From contig JANQNC010000001.1 in the NCBI GenBank assembly GCA_028279745.1, positions 60,001 through 92,000 on the forward strand: a stretch of DNA of 32,000 nucleotides. Reading direction: 5' to 3'. Each line of letters begins with the position of its first letter. Within the stretch, counting starts at the first letter, position 1. The DNA comes from Candidatus Nanoarchaeia archaeon (lineage in GTDB: Archaea; Nanobdellota; Nanobdellia; Woesearchaeales; JANQNC01). Position numbers and translations under genes: made by a program. The notes below the pieces were generated by a model. It ran no database searches. It was not told the DNA's origin and worked only from the letters and a program-made list of their open reading frames with translations. This document shows, in pieces, positions 26,303-32,000 of this stretch.

Positions 26303-26836
26303 ATGAGATCAATATTCAAGATAGTGCTATCAAAACTGATAGGATTTTTAGTTTTCTTGATATTATTGGGGTTAGCAAACATAATCTCAAATGTTGTTGG
26401 TAATTCAGCTTTTGAAGAGATAGTAACATTCCTTAATTCAACAATAGGGATATTGTTTATCTTGACTGTTCTTTTTATGGGTGCAGAGATATTGTGGCAG
26501 TTTCCAATACCTATCAATTTAGTAGCACCAGTTCTTAACGCGGGGGCTGCATACTTTGTAGTTACATTCTTGTTAAAGCTATTTGACATGATCGGGTCAT
26601 TAGCCGCAGTTAACATCTCAGGACCTTTTGAAAAAATTGCACCGTTCATCTACATATTAGTAATCGTAATAGTGCTGATCTCAGGATATTCAAGAATTTT
26701 CTCAAGAAAACCAAGAGATATAGAAAGAGAGATCAGAGACAGAAAAAGAGAGCTATCTGAACGAAGAAGAGCGGAGCGAAGAAAGAGAACTGAGAAGGTA
26801 GCTAGGGACAGAAGAAATAGAAGCAGAAGAAAATAG
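26303..26836 (+). CDS. hypothetical 4-TM membrane protein with Arg/Glu-rich C-terminal tail
   Basis: 177 aa. The tail reads RKPRDIEREIRDRKRELSERRRAERRKRTEKVARDRRNRSRRK. Confidence 0.6.
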   Translation: MRSIFKIVLSKLIGFLVFLILLGLANIISNVVGNSAFEEIVTFLNSTIGILFILTVLFMGAEILWQFPIPINLVAPVLNAGAAYFVVTFLLKLFDMIGSLAAVNISGPFEKIAPFIYILVIVIVLISGYSRIFSRKPRDIEREIRDRKRELSERRRAERRKRTEKVARDRRNRSRRK

Positions 26837-26865
26837 TTGTTGTTACTTTGAAGTAGTTAAATATA

Positions 26866-26880
26866 GAAAGGTTTATAAAG
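26866..26880 (+). promoter_or_regulatory. BRE/TATA promoter (leaderless spacing) for the 26902 gene
   Basis: GAAAGGTTTATAAAG ends about 22 nt before the ATG at 26902. Confidence 0.55.
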
Positions 26881-26901
26881 GGGTAGTGAATACTGTGTTT
26901 G

Positions 26902-27558
26902 ATGAAATTAACAGAAGTAGTAGAAGGAATAGTCGAGAAATTATTCGGCAAAACAATAGAAACTGAAGAGTTTGAGAAAGTAATAGACACATTCTATATT
27001 CAGAAAAGAGGGTTAAGTCTACCAGGACTGAATAGTCCAATATCTTTGAATTTTAAAGATGAGATAAGAGTGTATGTTAATCCTGAGAGCACAATATCTT
27101 ACATTGAAGGGCACGCACAAAACATGGGTTGTGAGGTACCTGACTTAGAACCTTATATGAAGAATCCTGAAGTTAAGAAATTTAAGGAAAAAATTGATAA
27201 GATGTTTGGTGAAACAGACCAAAAAAGATACATAGCATATTCAATATGTGAAGATAAGACTGAGATAATGACAGGTAACTTTTTTATAGATGAAATTAAC
27301 AAGGTTGCAACATCAGGGATCACGTTTAAAGTTCCAAGCGAGATAATCAGAGAAGGGATGATAATGAGAGATGTAAGAAAGATAGACCCAGACAAAGTTG
27401 TAGGAGATCATAAAAATTATACAAGTGATTTAAGCATAGACAGTTATGCAAACTTGCCTTTGTATCTGACGCAAAAGTACAAAGAGATGAACACATTCAG
27501 CGGTCCGGCAGTAGCAATGCCTGGAAGCGAGTTATCAAAGATTATTAATTCTTTATGA
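26902..27558 (+). CDS. hypothetical protein (orphan)
   Basis: 218 aa from the ATG at 26902 (the track start 26899 is a TTG). Purine-rich coding strand and a properly spaced promoter. No motif recognised. Confidence 0.55.
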   Translation: MKLTEVVEGIVEKLFGKTIETEEFEKVIDTFYIQKRGLSLPGLNSPISLNFKDEIRVYVNPESTISYIEGHAQNMGCEVPDLEPYMKNPEVKKFKEKIDKMFGETDQKRYIAYSICEDKTEIMTGNFFIDEINKVATSGITFKVPSEIIREGMIMRDVRKIDPDKVVGDHKNYTSDLSIDSYANLPLYLTQKYKEMNTFSGPAVAMPGSELSKIINSL

Positions 27559-28491
27559 AGTTATCAAACTGTGGTCTTTAGGGGTATAAGATTTTCTTGT
27601 GAAAAATCTTTTTGCTTTGCTAGTTAAAGGTTCAGCTTGTTCTTGTTTGCCAAACAAATATTCTGTACCTGCAGCAGGATATGAGTGTAAAAAATCAGTA
27701 ATTGTTTTTAACTCTTCCTTGTGATACTCTGATAAATTTGAATTTTCTATGTAGAACAGAATGTGTTGGGGAGAAACACTTATCTCGTCTCGTAGTCTGT
27801 CAAGAGCAGATCTTGCATCAGTCTCGGTTTTCCCGTCTGTAACAGAAACCACTTTTTTATCTTTCATATGGAAACTGACACTGTACATAAAGCCTTCCAT
27901 TGGATGATAACCACAATCAATACTTAATCGGGTGTCTGTACCCTTTATGACTCTTGTTTTATGGAATGTCAATCCGTGTATAGACATGGTTTTTCCAAGA
28001 TAATCATGAGTGACTAGATCATCCGCGTAATTCGTGTTTGTATCATTAAATTCAGCTGAACAAAGTCCTCCTGAATTCTTAATCGGGCCAATAGATCTTT
28101 CTAGCCACATATTGTCAGTTATGTCACCATAGCTATTAAGTATTTCATTTGGGAGCCATGCAAAAAAAGGAACATTATTTTTTGTTGGCAGTCTTTTTGA
28201 TAGGTCAATATCTGCCCAACCTCCCTCTTCTTGTTTCACTATCTCGTCTGCATCGAAGCCCATCAGTTTGCCCATAGAAAAAAGTTTGGAAATTAGTTCG
28301 GTTTCCTTAGTGTGGTGCACTAGGTAGTTTAATCTATCGCTAAGAATCTCTTTAACGGGTTCAAGAACGAATAAGTTAATTACTCCTTCTCTTTTAGGTT
28401 TACAATAAATTTCATCAAATAGCTCAACTTCTTTTTTTATTAACTCAACAGATTGTTCTAAGTTTAAGTTTGAATTTTCTAGTTTTTTCAT
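27553..28491 (-). CDS. hypothetical protein (orphan, 312 aa)
   Basis: GGGGGA lies upstream of the ATG, with TCGATTTATATATAC further upstream. No family recognised. Confidence 0.6.
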   Translation of the reverse strand: MKKLENSNLNLEQSVELIKKEVELFDEIYCKPKREGVINLFVLEPVKEILSDRLNYLVHHTKETELISKLFSMGKLMGFDADEIVKQEEGGWADIDLSKRLPTKNNVPFFAWLPNEILNSYGDITDNMWLERSIGPIKNSGGLCSAEFNDTNTNYADDLVTHDYLGKTMSIHGLTFHKTRVIKGTDTRLSIDCGYHPMEGFMYSVSFHMKDKKVVSVTDGKTETDARSALDRLRDEISVSPQHILFYIENSNLSEYHKEELKTITDFLHSYPAAGTEYLFGKQEQAEPLTSKAKRFFTRKSYTPKDHSLITS

Positions 28492-28540
28492 TTTGGTTTC
28501 CCCCTTATTAGAACCTCTTTTTCGATTAGAATTGTAGAAA

Positions 28541-28555
28541 GTATATATAAATCGA
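28541..28555 (-). promoter_or_regulatory. BRE/TATA promoter of the 312-aa orphan gene
   Basis: The reverse complement reads TCGATTTATATATAC, about 50 nt upstream of the ATG at 28491. Confidence 0.5.
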
Positions 28556-28578
28556 CTGTTTTTGTTTTTAAATAAAAA

Positions 28579-29925
28579 TCATTCTTCTAAAGAATTCATC
28601 ACATTAAACAGAACATCTTCTTTGAAAGCTGGAGCTAGAACTTGTACTCCAACGGGAATATTATCAATAGTTCCTGCAGGGACAGAAGCGCCACAAATTC
28701 CTGCTAAGTTTGCTGGCGAGGTGAAAGCGTCATAAGCATACATCTCATTGACAGATAGTTTTTCACCAAACTTGTGAGGTAGTCTAGGGACTACTGGTGT
28801 AAGTATAACATCAACATCTTCAAATGCTTTATTGAAATCTTGGGTAATAAGTTTTTTAGTCAATAATGCTTTTTTGTAATAAGCGCCATCGTGTTCTGCC
28901 TTTGAAATCTCTTTTCCTCCTAGGATTCTTCTCAGTACTTCTTCAGAACAACTTTCTTCGATTTTCTTGCCGTATTTTCTACCTTCAAACTTTCTAGTTC
29001 CAGAGAAAACTTCAACATAGACAATTGGGTAGTAGGCTTGGATTGCTAAGTCAACATATTTCAAAGAAATTTCTTTTGTTTCAGAACCTGTTGCTTTAGC
29101 TAGTTTCTCAATCTGTTCATTGATTAATTTTTGAACTCTTTCATCAGTGCAAAGTTTTTCAAAATCTTTACTTATTCCAATCTTAAGTCCTTTGGCTTCT
29201 TTGAAATTAGAGTAATCTTTAACTGCTTTATCAAACGTGATGCCATCATAATCAGATTTTCCTGAAATGATCTCCATCATCAAAGCACAACCATAAACAT
29301 CCTTGCACAAAGGACCGATCTGATCCAAACTCATACTCATATCCACTAATCCATATCTTGAAACTCTTCCATAAGAAGGCTTAACTCCAACAATTCCACA
29401 ATGAGATGCAGGATTTCTAATGCTGCCTCCAGTGTCAGTACCTAATGCAATATCACAAAAATCAGCTGCAACAGCTGCTGCAGAACCTGAACTTGAACCA
29501 CCTGGAATGTGGCCTGGTGCTTTTGGGTTGTCAGTATTGCCAAACATAGAACTTTCTCCACTTACGCCACAAGCAAAACAATCCATATTGGTCATTCCAA
29601 TAATGATCCCATCTTCTGCTTTAATCTTTTCAATAACGTCAGCATCAAATGTTCCTTTGTAATCTTCTAGGGTCTTAGCGGCACAAGTTGTTGGTAAATC
29701 AGTTACTGAGATACAGGATTTAACTGCAATAGCCAAACCAGCTAGTTTACCTTTCTTTTCTTTTTTATCAACTGCTTTAGCTTCTTCTAATGCATTTTCA
29801 TTTACATGAATGAATGAGTTAATCTTTTCATCTTCAGCTTTAATCTTATCTAAGAATTGTTTAATATTATCTTCAGCTGAAAGTTCACCTGATTTGATTT
29901 TTTCTAGTTTTTGTTTGATTACCAT
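28579..29925 (-). CDS. gatA: aspartyl/glutamyl-tRNA amidotransferase subunit A
   Basis: Amidase signature GGSSSGSAAAVA with catalytic Ser/Lys context; 448 aa. 7-nt overlap with gatC. Confidence 0.93.
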   Translation of the reverse strand: MVIKQKLEKIKSGELSAEDNIKQFLDKIKAEDEKINSFIHVNENALEEAKAVDKKEKKGKLAGLAIAVKSCISVTDLPTTCAAKTLEDYKGTFDADVIEKIKAEDGIIIGMTNMDCFACGVSGESSMFGNTDNPKAPGHIPGGSSSGSAAAVAADFCDIALGTDTGGSIRNPASHCGIVGVKPSYGRVSRYGLVDMSMSLDQIGPLCKDVYGCALMMEIISGKSDYDGITFDKAVKDYSNFKEAKGLKIGISKDFEKLCTDERVQKLINEQIEKLAKATGSETKEISLKYVDLAIQAYYPIVYVEVFSGTRKFEGRKYGKKIEESCSEEVLRRILGGKEISKAEHDGAYYKKALLTKKLITQDFNKAFEDVDVILTPVVPRLPHKFGEKLSVNEMYAYDAFTSPANLAGICGASVPAGTIDNIPVGVQVLAPAFKEDVLFNVMNSLEE

Positions 29926-30140
29926 TTTTTCTTTTCAGCTAGTATACAATCGTCCTCTTTCTTTGGAGCGTTAGCTAGTATCTTGGTTTTGAAGTCTTTG
30001 TATTTGCATTCTTTAGGTTCACGCATAGAAGAATCTCTTTTGTTGCCGAACTCTTCTTTGACCTCTTCTACTTTATCCAAAGCACTCATGAAATCATCCA
30101 TTATCTGCTTAGCTTCCTTTCTAATCTTCTCTTGATCCAT
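29919..30140 (-). CDS. gatC: aspartyl/glutamyl-tRNA amidotransferase subunit C
   Basis: 73 aa immediately upstream of gatA and overlapping it. The C-terminal ILANAPKKEDDCILAEK resembles the GatC ...NAP..EDG.F.VP.. motif. Confidence 0.75.
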   Translation of the reverse strand: MDQEKIRKEAKQIMDDFMSALDKVEEVKEEFGNKRDSSMREPKECKYKDFKTKILANAPKKEDDCILAEKKKW

Positions 30141-30160
30141 GAGTAATCTGCTTGAGAACG

Positions 30161-30175
30161 AATTTATAAGCTTTT
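30161..30175 (-). promoter_or_regulatory. BRE/TATA promoter of gatCA embedded in the 3' end of the upstream gene
   Basis: The reverse complement reads AAAAGCTTATAAATT and ends about 21 nt before the gatC ATG at 30140 (leaderless spacing). Confidence 0.5.
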
Positions 30176-31087
30176 CTTTAAATTAGTATATGGGGTGATG
30201 ATTGTAGGAGATTCTTTAACCATAACTTCATAATTCCAACCATTTACGCCTGTAATCTGGCCTTCCCCTGTGAAGTATTGTTTGATAAAACGGGTTTTTC
30301 CTCTCATCTTTGTAAAGTAAGTAGAATCTTCTTTAAATCTTCTCAGATGTCCCCTTACTGGGTGTGCGCCTCTTGGTTCTTTAGTCTTATTTCTGAAAAA
30401 ATCTTTTGTGTCATCTTCATTTAGGCAGATATAGTGTGGTCTCATTACGGTTTTACGTAAGAACTCTCTTTTTTTCTTTTTGCCATTGCTCTTTGAAGTT
30501 AGTTTTTTAGAGCTGTTGTTCTCTTTCAGAATCAGGAAATTCCCGGGATCCATCAGGTAAACTAGCTGATCAACAAATGCGATAGTGTCTTTGCCAACGC
30601 AAGATGCCATCTGTAATGGGTTGCTGGGTTGGGGTATGCCTTGGAAGAAGTTTTTACTAAATAGATTGGAGACCTCAACATAAACTTTGGGTCTTGGTTC
30701 ATCTATTTTTGCATAAGACACAGAAATGCTTTGAACCCCCTTATCCATTATTGAAGAAACAACAAAATAGTTGTTGTTTGTGTCAATCTCACGCAATATT
30801 ATTGCAGACATTGAGTCTTCTATTGCGGTAGTTGTATAAGGAAGGATGAGGTGTTGGTTATTCTGTTTTGATAGTGCAAAATAATCTCCTACATATCTAG
30901 AATACTCGTCCCTGTTTTTCCCTGTGCTGGGAATAAGCTTTTCAACAATCATTGGAAACTCAAAAAGAGCTGCTTCTTTGATTATATCTTCAAGAAAAGG
31001 CTTGACTGGACCAATAATGTTTGCTTTTTCATCGTCCCTTAGTTGAGTCTTTGTAAACTCTATTAATGCATCAAATGATTTCCCCAT
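30164..31087 (-). CDS. hypothetical bipartite protein (orphan): N-terminal domain, Lys-rich linker, basic C-terminal domain
   Basis: 307 aa from the ATG at 31087 (the track start 31105 is a TTG only 6 nt from the TATA). Linker SKSNGKKKKREFLRK. The C-terminus reads RPHYICL...PRGAHPVRGHLRRF...GKTRFIKQYF. Confidence 0.6.
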   Translation of the reverse strand: MGKSFDALIEFTKTQLRDDEKANIIGPVKPFLEDIIKEAALFEFPMIVEKLIPSTGKNRDEYSRYVGDYFALSKQNNQHLILPYTTTAIEDSMSAIILREIDTNNNYFVVSSIMDKGVQSISVSYAKIDEPRPKVYVEVSNLFSKNFFQGIPQPSNPLQMASCVGKDTIAFVDQLVYLMDPGNFLILKENNSSKKLTSKSNGKKKKREFLRKTVMRPHYICLNEDDTKDFFRNKTKEPRGAHPVRGHLRRFKEDSTYFTKMRGKTRFIKQYFTGEGQITGVNGWNYEVMVKESPTIITPYTNLKKSL

Positions 31088-31107
31088 AATGCTATTTAAA
31101 ATCAAGA

Positions 31108-31123
31108 AGTTATATATAAACTT
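31108..31123 (-). promoter_or_regulatory. BRE/TATA promoter (leaderless) of the 30164..31087 gene
   Basis: The reverse complement reads AAGTTTATATATAACT; the TATA ends 23 nt before the ATG at 31087. Confidence 0.55.
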
Positions 31124-31199
31124 AACTACTTAGGAGTAATACACTAGTTAAAACGTAATATTTAAAATAAGAAAACACTCAATAGAGAGATAAAGAGGT

Positions 31200-31712
31200 A
31201 TGAGAATGATTGTAGCATACATACTGCTGTTTTTGCTGTTCTCTTTGATAGGGGGCATGTTGGATACAGCATACAGATCCTTGATGGATAAAAAATTTGC
31301 AAGCAATTGTTTTTTTGGTATTTTCTTCTGCCCAATCTATGGTTTTGGAGCATTATTGATGACACATCTTACGGCCTCAATGCAGGGGATAGATGTTCTT
31401 TTTAGGGTGTTGGTGTATGCATTTTCACTTACATTTCTTGAGTATGTCGGTGCTTTATTTACAGAGAAGGTCCTAAAAAGAAAACTTTGGGATTATTCTA
31501 AGAGGAGGTTGAATTTTCAGGGGAGAATCAACATACAACATTCATTATACTGGTTATTTTTAGCAATTGTATTTGAGTACATCTACTTCAGCTTAGTTTC
31601 GCCAATAGTGAGCTTTCAGTTCTTTCCAATGAAGTATGAGATAATATCTGGTTCATTATTCTTACTTCTGTTTTTGATCTTAACTTTTAGAAGAGCAAAA
31701 AAGATTTCTTGA
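31200..31712 (+). CDS. multi-TM membrane protein, DUF1113 (putative ABC-transporter type IV)-like
   Basis: FFCPIYGFGALL and LEYVGALFTEKVLKRKLWDYS...GRINIQHSLYW blocks. The start may be the second ATG at 31206, which has better spacing to AAGAGGT. Confidence 0.6.
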   Translation: MRMIVAYILLFLLFSLIGGMLDTAYRSLMDKKFASNCFFGIFFCPIYGFGALLMTHLTASMQGIDVLFRVLVYAFSLTFLEYVGALFTEKVLKRKLWDYSKRRLNFQGRINIQHSLYWLFLAIVFEYIYFSLVSPIVSFQFFPMKYEIISGSLFLLLFLILTFRRAKKIS

Positions 31713-31751
31713 TGCCAAAAGCTTAAATAAAAAATAATGTTTCTTAGGCAT

Positions 31752-32000
31752 ATGGGAATGGTAACAGATAAAGTACTAAAAGAGTTTGACATGCAGTACT
31801 GGGAAAAAGTTAGATACAAAGCAGATGAAGATCTGTTTTACAGAGTTAGTGAGGGGGGTGTTGAGACTCCTGTAAGGATGAATAGATTCGACACGCAGAA
31901 TAAACCAAATGCGACTGAAAAAGAATATGAACGAGAGTTGACTGGGGCAGACAAAAGATTAAGAGAGATAATAATGGAGCATGTCGAATGGGTTGTTGGT
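31752..32000 (+). CDS. hypothetical protein, 3' end truncated by window edge
   Basis: Frame open for 83 codons to the window end. CAAAAGCTTAAATAAAA ends about 22 nt before the ATG (leaderless spacing). No motif recognised. Confidence 0.5.
   Translation, partial: MGMVTDKVLKEFDMQYWEKVRYKADEDLFYRVSEGGVETPVRMNRFDTQNKPNATEKEYERELTGADKRLREIIMEHVEWVVG

Noticed and set aside
26206-26649. 148-codon N-terminal extension of the thioredoxin-fold ORF (track ORF 25696..26649)
   Set aside because: An internal ATG at 26205 has a GAGGTG site and starts a perfect signal peptide and lipobox. The extension is antisense to the 26303..26836 membrane-protein gene and has no recognisable features.

Overview
Visibly AT-rich, very gene-dense archaeal chromosomal segment. 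Archaeal identity rests on the L7Ae-S28e-L24e-Ndk and aEF-2/aEF-1alpha/S10 clusters, a LonB-type protease, an archaeal/eukaryal-type GluRS, BRE/TATA promoter elements and BHB-flanked tRNA introns. Coding strands are purine (A)-loaded, so gene orientation is readable by eye. Streamlining (back-to-back stop codons, many leaderless genes, a two-intron tRNA, many small lineage-specific membrane proteins) suggests a small-genome uncultivated archaeon, possibly DPANN-like; that placement is inference only. I call about 47 CDS, including 4 real genes under 60 aa that the ORF track misses: L24e, a DUF1931-like histone-fold protein and two zinc-ribbon miniproteins. I also call 2 intron-containing tRNAs and a set of promoter and terminator elements. 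I found no CRISPR array, rRNA, transposase, integrase or obvious mobile element. The most notable items are: (1) a tRNA(CAU) that is two-thirds intron, with a 100-nt T-loop intron; (2) a thioredoxin-lipoprotein/CcdA/DUF3179(CPLC)/MsrB operon that suggests a client for an archaeal extracytoplasmic reducing pathway; (3) unrecognisable orphan genes flanking gatCA; (4) a candidate K-turn in the L7Ae 5' UTR; (5) a class-2-like PyrD with a class-1-type catalytic Cys. No homology search could be run, so all family calls rest on motifs read from the translations.
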